A stretch of 64,000 nt of DNA, from NCBI GenBank assembly GCA_016870475.1, contig VGBO01000001.1, positions 3,515 through 67,514 of the forward strand. The letters run 5' to 3'. Below are positions 40,655 through 49,110 of this stretch, piece after piece. The position numbers and the translations under genes are program-made. Position 1 is the first letter of the stretch; each line of letters begins with the position of its first letter. The notes under the pieces are model-generated. The model did no database searches. It was not told where the DNA came from and worked only from the letters and a program-made list of their open reading frames with translations. Source of the stretch: Actinomycetota bacterium. GTDB lineage: Bacteria; Actinomycetota; Acidimicrobiia; Acidimicrobiales; CAIXPF01.

Positions 40655-42157
40655 GTGACGACGAAGGGCCTCTGCTGCTCCGGCGGGGGGATCCGTGCCG
40701 CAGGGTTCACGCTCGGCGCGATCGACGAGCTCGAACGCCGCAGGGTCCTCGACGACGTCGACGTCATCGCCGCCGTCTCCGGCGGGGCCTACACGGCGAC
40801 CGCGTGGGCGTTGCGCCGACAGGAGCGGGGCGGTCCGGCTGCAGCGTCGCTCGTCGACGAGCTCCGTGCGGAGCGCCACCAGTTCCTGCGCAACGGACCC
40901 GGCGGCCTCGGCGGTGCGATCGTCGGCGCCATCGGGGTGATCGCAGCGAACCTCACCCTGCTCGCCACCGCGATCGCCCTGCCGGCCTGGGTCGTCGGGC
41001 GGCTCGTCGGCTTCTGGTCGTGGCGGCCCGGCGCTGTGACCCTCACCGTCGCCGCGGCCCTGCTCGGTTTGGGTGCGTTGTGGACGGTGAGGGCAGCTGC
41101 GAGCGGCAACGCCCGGGTCGCCTACGGCGGGAACCTGCTCGTCGTCGCCGTCGGCCTCGCCTGGGCGGCTCGGGTGGCGTCGGACGCCGCGTTCGGCGTG
41201 GAACCGATCGGCTCATCGACGACCTTCGTGATCGTCGCCACGTTCTTCGTGGTGGTGAACCTCACCGTCGACCTCGACACCGTGTCGCTCCACCCGATCT
41301 ACCGCCGCCGCCTCCGGGCGACGTTCGCACCCGGCCGTGCGAGCACCGTCACCTGGGACGACCTCCGCGGGCCCGAACTGGTGCTGTGCTGCGCACGCCA
41401 CGCCGGCCGGGGTCGCATCGAGACCTTCACGATCAGCCAACGTGAGGTGCGCATGGGAGCACGCACCGTGCCCACCGCCGAGTACCTCCGCAGGCTCGTC
41501 GGCCCGCGTCGCACGCACCGGCGGGTGGCGTCGTGGCTGCCGACCACCGGAGCGGCGCTCGCGTCGTCGATGCGGTTCGGACGAGGGCGGGCCCTCGCGC
41601 TCGTGGCGGCGCTCAACCTCGACCTCGGCGTGTGGCTGCCCAACCCCGGCCGGGTTCGGCGTCCCCGACGGGTCGGGATCCTGCACCTGCTCGCCGAGCT
41701 CACCGGAGTCCGGGCCGACCGGAACCGCAACGTGTTCGTCACCGACGGCGGCCACCGCGAGAACCTCGGCCTCGTCGAGCTGCTGCGCCGCGGCTGCACG
41801 GAGATCATCTGCCTCGACGCGTCGGGCGGGGAGCTCGAGACGATCGAGTCGGCCCTCCGCCTCGCCCGCACCGAGCTCGGCGTGATCGTCGACCCGACCG
41901 GGCTCGACCGACTACGACCCATTGCCGACGGCGAGCTGCCGAGCGACGTCGTCGCCGTCCTCCCCTTCGCCGGCGGGCGCATCGTCTACGCCCGCGCCCG
42001 ACTCGCGTCGTGCCTCGACGCCACCCTCCTCGACCGTGCCCGCACCGACCGTCGCTACCCGCGCTACCCGACGAGCGACCAGTTCCTCACCGACGACGAG
42101 TTCGGCGCCATGATCGCCCTCGGCCGCGCCGTGGGATCGCAGGCCGCGCTCGCCTGA
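40655..42157 (+). CDS. Patatin-like phospholipase with an internal four-helix membrane insertion
   Basis: CCSGGGIRAAG (oxyanion GGGxR), AAVSGGA (nucleophile Ser, AxSxG variant) and VTDGGHRENLG (Asp of the dyad). Four hydrophobic helices at roughly residues 84-207 lie between Ser and Asp. The GTG start is only 26 nt from the divergent SnoaL start. Confidence 0.75.
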   Translation: MTTKGLCCSGGGIRAAGFTLGAIDELERRRVLDDVDVIAAVSGGAYTATAWALRRQERGGPAAASLVDELRAERHQFLRNGPGGLGGAIVGAIGVIAANLTLLATAIALPAWVVGRLVGFWSWRPGAVTLTVAAALLGLGALWTVRAAASGNARVAYGGNLLVVAVGLAWAARVASDAAFGVEPIGSSTTFVIVATFFVVVNLTVDLDTVSLHPIYRRRLRATFAPGRASTVTWDDLRGPELVLCCARHAGRGRIETFTISQREVRMGARTVPTAEYLRRLVGPRRTHRRVASWLPTTGAALASSMRFGRGRALALVAALNLDLGVWLPNPGRVRRPRRVGILHLLAELTGVRADRNRNVFVTDGGHRENLGLVELLRRGCTEIICLDASGGELETIESALRLARTELGVIVDPTGLDRLRPIADGELPSDVVAVLPFAGGRIVYARARLASCLDATLLDRARTDRRYPRYPTSDQFLTDDEFGAMIALGRAVGSQAALA

Positions 42158-42175
42158 GACGGCAAGACTGTCGCC

Positions 42176-42916
42176 ATGATCGATCTCCGACGCGACGGCG
42201 ACGTGTTCGTCCTCACCCTGGCCGACGGCGAGAACCGCTGGACGACCACGTTCACCCGGGCGTTCGACGCCGCGCTCGACGAGGTGGAGAACACGCCGGG
42301 CGAGATCGCCCTCGTCACGGCGTCGGCGGACCCGAAGTTCTTCTCCAACGGCCTCGACCTCGACTGGATCCTCTCCAAGGGCGACCACCCGGGTGGTGAC
42401 CGCAAGGTGTTCGCCGCCGAGGCGATGGCGCTCTTCGCCCGGGTGATGACGTTCCCGGTGCCGACCGTCTGCGCGCTCGGCGGCCATGCGTTCGGGGCCG
42501 GGTTCATGGTCGCGCTCTGCCACGACGCCCGGATCATGCGGGCCGACCGGGGCTTCCTGTGCGCGAACGAGATCGAGATCGGCATGGCGATCCCCGAACC
42601 GGAACTCGCGCTGTTCCGCCACAAGATGAGCCTCCCCGACTTCCACCGCACGGTGCTCCTCGCCAAGCGGTGGACGGCTCCCGAGGCCGTGCACGCCGGG
42701 TTCGTCGACGCGGCGGTGCCCGTCGAGGAGGTGCTCCCCGCCGCGATCGACCACGCCCGACGACTCGCCCCGCTCGCCCGCAACCGGGCGGTGTTCTCCT
42801 GGATGAAGGAGCACGTCTACGGCGAGGAGAACGCGATCAACCGGGTCGAGGGGCCGGCCCACCTCCTCCGAAACCCGGACCGTTACCCCGAGGGCCCGGG
42901 ATTCGGTAGCCACTAG
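42176..42916 (+). CDS. Enoyl-CoA hydratase/isomerase (crotonase) family protein
   Basis: FFSNGLDLDW, PTVCALGGHAFGAGFMVALCHD. Confidence 0.8.
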   Translation: MIDLRRDGDVFVLTLADGENRWTTTFTRAFDAALDEVENTPGEIALVTASADPKFFSNGLDLDWILSKGDHPGGDRKVFAAEAMALFARVMTFPVPTVCALGGHAFGAGFMVALCHDARIMRADRGFLCANEIEIGMAIPEPELALFRHKMSLPDFHRTVLLAKRWTAPEAVHAGFVDAAVPVEEVLPAAIDHARRLAPLARNRAVFSWMKEHVYGEENAINRVEGPAHLLRNPDRYPEGPGFGSH

Positions 42917-42924
42917 CTAGCGTC

Positions 42925-43377
42925 GTGGGCGTGCCCGTCGAGATCGAGCGGACGTTCCTCGTCACCGACCCCTCGTGGCGCGGCGACGCGCCCGGGACGC
43001 CGATCCGCCAGGGATACCTGCTCCGCGCCGTCGAGCGCACCGTGCGGGTACGTCGAATCGGCGACGCCGGTGCGATCACCGTGAAGGGCCCCGGCCTGCG
43101 GGTCCGCGCCGAGTTCGAGTACCCGATTCCCGCCGCCGACGCCGACGCGCTGCTCGACACACTCTGCGAGCCGGGAACCATCGACAAGGTCCGGCACACC
43201 GTCGACCACGGCGGGCGCCGATGGACGGTCGACGAGTTCTGCGGGCGCCACAACGGCCTCGTGCTCGCCGAGATCGAACTCGACGACCCGGACGAGACCG
43301 TCGACCTCCCGCCCTGGGTGGGCGAGGAGGTGACCGATGACCCTGCGTTCAGCAATGCGGCGCTCAGCGCGCGCTAG
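42925..43377 (+). CDS. CYTH-domain (triphosphate tunnel metalloenzyme) protein
   Basis: VEIERTFLV (ExExK-like start) and GLVLAEIEL. 150 aa. Confidence 0.75.
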   Translation: MGVPVEIERTFLVTDPSWRGDAPGTPIRQGYLLRAVERTVRVRRIGDAGAITVKGPGLRVRAEFEYPIPAADADALLDTLCEPGTIDKVRHTVDHGGRRWTVDEFCGRHNGLVLAEIELDDPDETVDLPPWVGEEVTDDPAFSNAALSAR

Positions 43378-43933
43378 CCGTTCCATCGCCGCCATCGCTG
43401 CGGTCGTGGCGCTCGGCCTCACCGCGACGTCGTGCGCCGAGGAGACGGAGGGGTTGCGCGGCGCCGTGCGCGACCTGGCGCTCGAGGTGGGCGCCGACCC
43501 GCGGGTCGTGCCGGCCGACGGTCGGCTGTCCGTCGTCTACTTCGGGTACACCTTCTGCCCCGACGTGTGCCCGACGACGCTCGCCGACCTGCGGGTGGCG
43601 ATCGACGACCTGGGCGAGGACGGTGCCCGAGTGGACCTGATCATGGTGACCGTCGACCCCGAACGTGACACCCTCGACGTACTCGAGAGGTTCGTGGCGT
43701 TCTTCGACCCCGACGGCGTCGCGATCCGCCCCGCCGACGACGCCGAGCTCACCCGCCTGCAGGGCCTCTTCCTCGCGTCGTCACAGATCGAGAAGCGTGC
43801 CGACGGCACCGTCGTCGTGGCGCACACGGCGACGACCTACGTGGTCGACGCCACCGGCAGGGTGCGGGTGGAATGGCCGTTCGGCGTGCCGTCCCAGGAC
43901 ATGGCGCACGATCTGGAGGTGCTGCTGTCGTGA
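43337..43933 (+). CDS. SCO1/SenC-family thioredoxin-fold copper chaperone (lipoprotein-like signal)
   Basis: VVYFGYTFCPDVCPTTL (CxxxC) and VVAHTATTYVVD (conserved His). Signal sequence with LTATSC. The start is uncertain (43337 or ATG 43355), and either overlaps the CYTH 3' end. Confidence 0.8.
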   Translation: MTLRSAMRRSARASRSIAAIAAVVALGLTATSCAEETEGLRGAVRDLALEVGADPRVVPADGRLSVVYFGYTFCPDVCPTTLADLRVAIDDLGEDGARVDLIMVTVDPERDTLDVLERFVAFFDPDGVAIRPADDAELTRLQGLFLASSQIEKRADGTVVVAHTATTYVVDATGRVRVEWPFGVPSQDMAHDLEVLLS

Positions 43934-44289
43934 ACCCGCGCCGCACCGTGCTCGCGCTCCTCGTGCTGTTCGCCCTCGCCGTCGGCGGGATCGGCGTGGC
44001 CGTCGTGCTCAACCCGGAACCGCCGCCCCGTGAGGTGTCCTTCGTGATCCCCGCCGGAACGATCGGACGCCTCCGGGCCGGCCAGGTCGTGGAGGTCCTG
44101 CCCTCACGCATCGAACTGCGCACCGTCGACACGCTCGTCATCGAGAACCAGGACGTGGAGCCGTTCTCCCTCGGGGCGTTCGTGATCCGCGCCGGTGAGA
44201 CCTTCCGCCACAAGTTCTCCCGAATCGGCACCTACGGCGAGGCGTGCACCCTCCACCCGAGCGGCAAGATCGACATCGTCGTCACCTGA
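43930..44289 (+). CDS. Membrane-anchored cupredoxin-like small protein (tentative)
   Basis: GTG at 43930 forms a GTGA overlap with the SCO stop. N-terminal TM helix. C-terminal FRHKFSRIGTYGEACTLHPSGKIDIVV resembles the His...Cys-x2-His copper loop of cupredoxins, but no Met ligand is obvious. Confidence 0.45.
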   Translation: MNPRRTVLALLVLFALAVGGIGVAVVLNPEPPPREVSFVIPAGTIGRLRAGQVVEVLPSRIELRTVDTLVIENQDVEPFSLGAFVIRAGETFRHKFSRIGTYGEACTLHPSGKIDIVVT

Positions 44290-44325
44290 GCCGCCGACCG
44301 GCCCGGCCCACCGGGACCGAGTCGT

Positions 44326-45534
44326 ATGCTGCGACGCGTGGGACTCCGGGGGGAAGCCGCCATCGTCGGGATAGCCGAGTACGCGCCGCAACGGCGGTAT
44401 TCGGGGCCACGACGGTTCATGCTCGAGCAGTGGGCGGACCTCGCTGCGCTCGCGCTCGCCGACGCCGGGCTGCGCCCCGCCGACGTCGACGGACTCGTGT
44501 GCGCCAACGTCCGGGAATCGGAGCAGTTCGTCCCCTCCACCATCGCCGAGTACCTCGGGTGGAAGGTGAACTTCGCCGAACGGGTCGACCTCGGGGGCGC
44601 GACCCCCGTCGGCATGGTCTGGCGGGCCGCGGCGGCGATCGAGCTCGGGCTGTGCGACGTCGTCGTGTGCGCCGCTCCCGGGCGTCCGACCCCGTCGCTG
44701 CCGCCCGACCAGCCCAGGATGTGGTCGCCCTTCGGCGCGTCGTCGAACGTGATGGGTTCACCCCAGGCGGAGTTCGACATCCCCTTCGGCAACGTGGCGC
44801 AGAACGTCGGCTACGCGATGATCGCCAACCGCTACGCGCACGAGTACGGGTACGACCCGCGAGCCACGGCGAAGATCGCCGCCGACCAGCGGACCAACGC
44901 GAACGCCCACCCCGATGCCGTCTTCCGGGACGTGCCGATCACGATCGACGACGTCCTGGCATCGAAGATGGTCGCCGACCCCCTGCACGTGCTCGAGATC
45001 GTGATGCCGTGCGCCGGCGGTGCCGCCGTGGTAGTTGCCTCGAAGGACGTGGTGCGACGCACTCGCAAGCGGCCCGTGTACATCACCGGGTTCGGCGAAC
45101 ACCTCGCCCACAAGACGCCCACCTACACCGAGGACGTGCTCCACACGCCGATCGGGCCCGCAGCCGAGCAGGCGTTCTCCATGGCTCGGATGAAGCGCTC
45201 CGAGGTCGACTGCGTGCAGCTCTACGACTGCTACACGATCACCGTGCTGCTCTCCATCGAGGACTCCGGGTTCTGCGGCAAGGGCGAGGGCATGCGGTTC
45301 GTCGCCGAGCACGACCTCACCTACCGGGGGGACTTCCCGGTGAACACCCACGGCGGCCAGCTCGGCTTCGGCCAACCCGGGCTCGCCGGAGGGTTCACGC
45401 AGGTGACCGAGGCCGTCCGTCAGGTGCGGGGCGAGGCCGGCGACCGACAGGTCCCCGACTGTGAGGTGTCCTACGTCTCGGGCACCGGCGGCATCATGTC
45501 CGAGCAGACCGCCCTCATCGTGCAGGGAGGCTGA
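44326..45534 (+). CDS. Thiolase-like (SCP-x / lipid-transfer protein type) enzyme
   Basis: GEAAIVGIAEYAP..., VNTHGGQLGFGQPGLAGG and SGTGGIMSEQTALIV are typical of the non-canonical thiolases that pair with DUF35 proteins. Confidence 0.75.
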   Translation: MLRRVGLRGEAAIVGIAEYAPQRRYSGPRRFMLEQWADLAALALADAGLRPADVDGLVCANVRESEQFVPSTIAEYLGWKVNFAERVDLGGATPVGMVWRAAAAIELGLCDVVVCAAPGRPTPSLPPDQPRMWSPFGASSNVMGSPQAEFDIPFGNVAQNVGYAMIANRYAHEYGYDPRATAKIAADQRTNANAHPDAVFRDVPITIDDVLASKMVADPLHVLEIVMPCAGGAAVVVASKDVVRRTRKRPVYITGFGEHLAHKTPTYTEDVLHTPIGPAAEQAFSMARMKRSEVDCVQLYDCYTITVLLSIEDSGFCGKGEGMRFVAEHDLTYRGDFPVNTHGGQLGFGQPGLAGGFTQVTEAVRQVRGEAGDRQVPDCEVSYVSGTGGIMSEQTALIVQGG

Positions 45535-45536
45535 CC

Positions 45537-45944
45537 GTGTCGACCGTCCCCCTCCCCCGGCCCCGGCCCATCGAGGCCACCGAACCGTTCTGGTCGGCGC
45601 TGCGCTCGCACCGCGTGGTGCTGCAGCGATGCGGTGCGTGCGCCACCTGGATCCACTATCCGCGACGTCGTTGCACCGCGTGCACGTCGGAGGACCTGCG
45701 CTGGGAGGAGGTGTCCGGCCACGGGGTCGTGTCGACCTTCACCGTCGCACGACAGCCCACCCACCCGGCGTTCGCAGACGAGGTGCCCCAGCTCCTCGCC
45801 GTGGTCGAGCTCGACGTCGGCGTGCGCGTCACCACGACGCTCACCGGCGTCGACCCTGCGGACGTGCACATCGGGATGGCGGTCGTGCCGTCCTTCGACG
45901 ACGGCGACGACGGCGTCACCCTGCTGCGGTTCACGCCTGCCTGA
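45537..45944 (+). CDS. DUF35 OB-fold / zinc-ribbon acyl-CoA-associated protein
   Basis: Rubredoxin-like CGACATWIHYPRRRCTAC followed by an OB-fold. The start lies 2 nt after the thiolase-like stop. Confidence 0.8.
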   Translation: MSTVPLPRPRPIEATEPFWSALRSHRVVLQRCGACATWIHYPRRRCTACTSEDLRWEEVSGHGVVSTFTVARQPTHPAFADEVPQLLAVVELDVGVRVTTTLTGVDPADVHIGMAVVPSFDDGDDGVTLLRFTPA

Positions 45945-48443
45945 TCACCACGGCGTGCCGTCCGGCTTGAGGTACGACCCGCTGATGTTGCCGCTGGCGA
46001 CGAGCGCCTCGTAGGTGGCATCCCCGAGCTCGCCGCGCAGCACCGCCTCGTTGTCCTGCCCCATGACCGGGATCGGACCCCAGCGACGCTCCGGCCCCGT
46101 CCACTGCCACGTGTACCCGGCGTACTCGTGCGTGCCGAGGTCCGCGCTGCCGTTGGGGCGGAAGAACCCCCGGGCGCGGAGCTGCGGGTTCGCATAGCAG
46201 TCGGTCTCGGTCGCGACCGGGGCGGCGGCCACGCCGACGGCGACGCACGCCTCGAAGGTCTCCTGGTTGCTGCGGGTGGCCGTCCACGCAGCGATCGCCG
46301 CGTCGAGCTCGTCGTGCCGGTCGAACCGGGCGGCAAGGTCCAACCCGACGAGGTCGTCCCGTCCGATCAGGCGGGCGAGAGCGTCCCACTCGGTGTCGGA
46401 CCCGACCGAGATGGTCACCCAGCGGTCGGGGGTGAGGTCGCCGACCCCGCCCTTGGCCTGCACCCCGGGCGTCGACGGGTACGCACCCTGGGGAGCACGG
46501 TGGCGTGCCCGGTTGCCGATCGTCTCGTGTCGGCGCCCGGTGCGGCCGGCGTCGACGAACAGCTCACCGAGGTGCTGCATCATGTTCTCTGCCTGGGCGA
46601 ACTCGATCAGCTCGCCGGTCCCGGTGCGTTCCCGCCGCCGGAGCGCCATCAGCACGGTGAACGCTGCGGCGGGCCCGGACGCCGCGTCCATGTGGTACAC
46701 GGCGGCGTTCGACGTCGGGTCCATGTCGACGTAGCCACGCTGGGACGTCAGCCCGCACAGAGTCTCGAAGTGCACACCGAACCCGATGAAGTCCCGGTAC
46801 GGACCCCACGTGCCCACCGACGGCATGCGGACCATGATCGCCCGTGGGTTGCGCGCATGGATCGTGTCCCAGTCGATGCCGAGCTTGTCCCACAGGCCGA
46901 CGGCGTTGTTCTCCACGAGCACATCCGCGGTCTCGACGAGCCGCAGGAACGCCTCCCGCCCCTCGTCCTTCCGGAGGTCGAGCGTGATGCTGCGCTTGTT
47001 CCGCCCGTGCGCGGTGAACAGCGCGACCCGGTTCCAGGGTCGCTCACCGGGGTCGGTGTCGGGGAACCCGCCGAAGATCGGACCGATCGCCTCGGCGATC
47101 TCCTTAGGCGGCCGGGGTGCGAGTCCCCGGGTCGCCGTGGGGAACACCCACGGATTGTCGATGCGCACGATCTCCGCGCCGAGCTCGCCGAGCAGCATCG
47201 TCGCGTACGGTCCCGCCCACACCACGGTCATGTCGAGGATGCGGACCCCCTCGAGCGGCAGACGGGCGGGGGCAGGTGCAGCGGGGCGCGACGGTTCCGG
47301 CGGGCCCAGCTCGGCGCGCACCTCTTCCGTGTGCTGGCCGAGCAGCGGCGCCGGGCGGCGCAGCGCCCAGCCGTCGGCCATGCGAACGGGCGGCCCGGGC
47401 TGGCGGATCGTGCCGGTGGGGTGATCGACGTCGACGAAGAAGCCGCGTTCGGCGAAGTGCGGGTCGGTGAGGAGGTCGATCGGGTAGTTGAGCGCCGTGA
47501 CCGCCCACCCGTGCGACTGTGCCTCGACCATCGCGTCCTGGCGGGTACGGGCGAGCGTGTAGCCGTACATCGCAGCGGCTGCGAGCTCGGGCAACTCCTC
47601 GTCGGCCATCGGGTTGGGGGCGGCGTAACGCTCGGCGAGGGTGTCGTCGCCGAGCGCGGACAACATGCGGGGCACCCAGTTCGGCAGGCAGGCGATCAGG
47701 GCGTACCCGTCCTCGGTCGGGTAGAAGCCGTTCGGGTACGGCCCCATGCGTGCGCCGCCCTCGCGCGGTGCATCGCGTCCGGTGTACGCCCGGTACAGCA
47801 GGTAGGTCATGCGGCGATCGATGGAACCGGCCTGCGTCTCGAGGTTCGCGACGTCGATGTGGACGCCCTCACCGCTGCGTTCCGCGGTGGTCAGCGCAGC
47901 GAGGACGGCGAGCGCGACGACGTTGCCGCACTGGTAGAGACCGAGGTTGCCGCCGAGCTTGCCGGGCTCCCGGTCGGACAGACCGGTGCTCGACATCGTC
48001 CCGCCCATCGCATACATCGTGATCTCGTCCGCGGGGAGACCCGCATACGGGCCGGTGCGACCGAAGGGCGTGACGCTGCACACGACGAGGTCGCGGCGCA
48101 CGGCCCGGAGCGCGTCGACGAGGTCGTCCGGCGCGCCGGGAACGCTCGCCTCGATGACCACGTCGGCGGTCCGGGCGAGCTCGAGCACGAGCGCACGCCC
48201 CTCCGTCGTGGTCACGTCCGCGACGACGGAACGCTTGTTCAGGTTGCAATGCAGAAACGTGGCGCTCGCCTCGAGGTCCTCCACGTCGTCGGGGAACGGC
48301 CCGATCCGACGGGCGGGATCACCGGCCGGCGGTTCGACCTTGATCACCTCGGCGCCGAAGTCGGCGAGCATCTTCCCGGCGAACGGTCCGGGGATCCCGC
48401 CTGCGAGCTCTACCACCCGGATACCTGCGAGGGGCTGGTCCAT
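45945..48443 (-). CDS. Tandem-fused double family III (CaiB/BaiF) CoA-transferase
   Basis: Two full CoA-transferase modules: LAGIRVVELAGGIPGPFAGKMLADFGAEVIKVEPP... and LEGVRILDMTVVWAGPYATMLLGELGAEIVRIDNP.... They are joined by the Pro/Ala linker PPEPSRPAAPAPA. ATG at 48443 lies inside ORF 45945..48563. Confidence 0.8.
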   Translation of the reverse strand: MDQPLAGIRVVELAGGIPGPFAGKMLADFGAEVIKVEPPAGDPARRIGPFPDDVEDLEASATFLHCNLNKRSVVADVTTTEGRALVLELARTADVVIEASVPGAPDDLVDALRAVRRDLVVCSVTPFGRTGPYAGLPADEITMYAMGGTMSSTGLSDREPGKLGGNLGLYQCGNVVALAVLAALTTAERSGEGVHIDVANLETQAGSIDRRMTYLLYRAYTGRDAPREGGARMGPYPNGFYPTEDGYALIACLPNWVPRMLSALGDDTLAERYAAPNPMADEELPELAAAAMYGYTLARTRQDAMVEAQSHGWAVTALNYPIDLLTDPHFAERGFFVDVDHPTGTIRQPGPPVRMADGWALRRPAPLLGQHTEEVRAELGPPEPSRPAAPAPARLPLEGVRILDMTVVWAGPYATMLLGELGAEIVRIDNPWVFPTATRGLAPRPPKEIAEAIGPIFGGFPDTDPGERPWNRVALFTAHGRNKRSITLDLRKDEGREAFLRLVETADVLVENNAVGLWDKLGIDWDTIHARNPRAIMVRMPSVGTWGPYRDFIGFGVHFETLCGLTSQRGYVDMDPTSNAAVYHMDAASGPAAAFTVLMALRRRERTGTGELIEFAQAENMMQHLGELFVDAGRTGRRHETIGNRARHRAPQGAYPSTPGVQAKGGVGDLTPDRWVTISVGSDTEWDALARLIGRDDLVGLDLAARFDRHDELDAAIAAWTATRSNQETFEACVAVGVAAAPVATETDCYANPQLRARGFFRPNGSADLGTHEYAGYTWQWTGPERRWGPIPVMGQDNEAVLRGELGDATYEALVASGNISGSYLKPDGTPW

Positions 48444-49110
48444 GGCCGGACGATACAGTCCGGACGTGGACTTCGTTTCGCCGACTCGCTTCGTCGACAG
48501 CACGCACCCCGACGTCGTCGCCTGGGCCACCGAGGTCGTCGGCGACGCCGTCGACGACCGCACGAAGGCGGTGCGGCTCTTCTACGCGGTGCGGGACGAC
48601 ATCCGTTACGACCCCTACGTGGCGACCTCCGGCGAAGACCAGTACCGGGCGAGCGAGATCCTCCGCCAGGACCGCAACTGGTGCGTGCCGAAGGCGATCC
48701 TGCTGTGCGCGGGGTCACGGGCGGTGGGGGTCCCGTGCCGGCTCGGGTTCGCCGACGTGAAGAACCACCTCGCCTCACCGAAGCTGCTCGAGCAGATGGG
48801 AACCGACCTCTTCGCGTTCCACGGCTACGTGGAGTTCCGCCTCGACGACACCTGGCGCAAGGCGACCGCGGCGTTCAACATCGAGATGTGCACGCGCTTC
48901 GGCGTGAAGCCCCTCGACTTCGACGGTCTCGAGGACTCGCTCTACCACGAGTTCGACGTGGAGGGCCGCCGGCACATGGAGTACGTGAACGAGCGGGGCA
49001 CCTTCGAGGACTTCCCCTACGACGAGATGGTGCGGGTCTTCACCGAGGTCTACGGCGGCCCGCCCGGCGACGTGGCCGCCGACCAGCACGACGAGCTGTT
49101 CCACGGGTGA
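48442..49110 (+). CDS. Transglutaminase-like cysteine-protease-fold protein
   Basis: QDRNWCVPKAILLCAGSRAVGVPCRLGF (Cys) and FAFHGYVEFRLDDTW (His). This is the C-terminal part of ORF 47947..49110. The start is ATG 48442 or in-frame GTG 48466. Confidence 0.65.
   Translation: MAGRYSPDVDFVSPTRFVDSTHPDVVAWATEVVGDAVDDRTKAVRLFYAVRDDIRYDPYVATSGEDQYRASEILRQDRNWCVPKAILLCAGSRAVGVPCRLGFADVKNHLASPKLLEQMGTDLFAFHGYVEFRLDDTWRKATAAFNIEMCTRFGVKPLDFDGLEDSLYHEFDVEGRRHMEYVNERGTFEDFPYDEMVRVFTEVYGGPPGDVAADQHDELFHG

Noticed and set aside
40655-43377. Patatin-like lipase plus a CYTH (class IV cyclase-like) protein as a cyclic-nucleotide-activated, CBASS-like effector/sensor pair.
   Set aside because: The two genes are separated by a crotonase. 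The lipase has no recognisable nucleotide-sensing domain, and there is no CD-NTase/SMODS-type cyclase. The CYTH gene is instead frame-coupled to a copper chaperone. The idea rests on domain names only.
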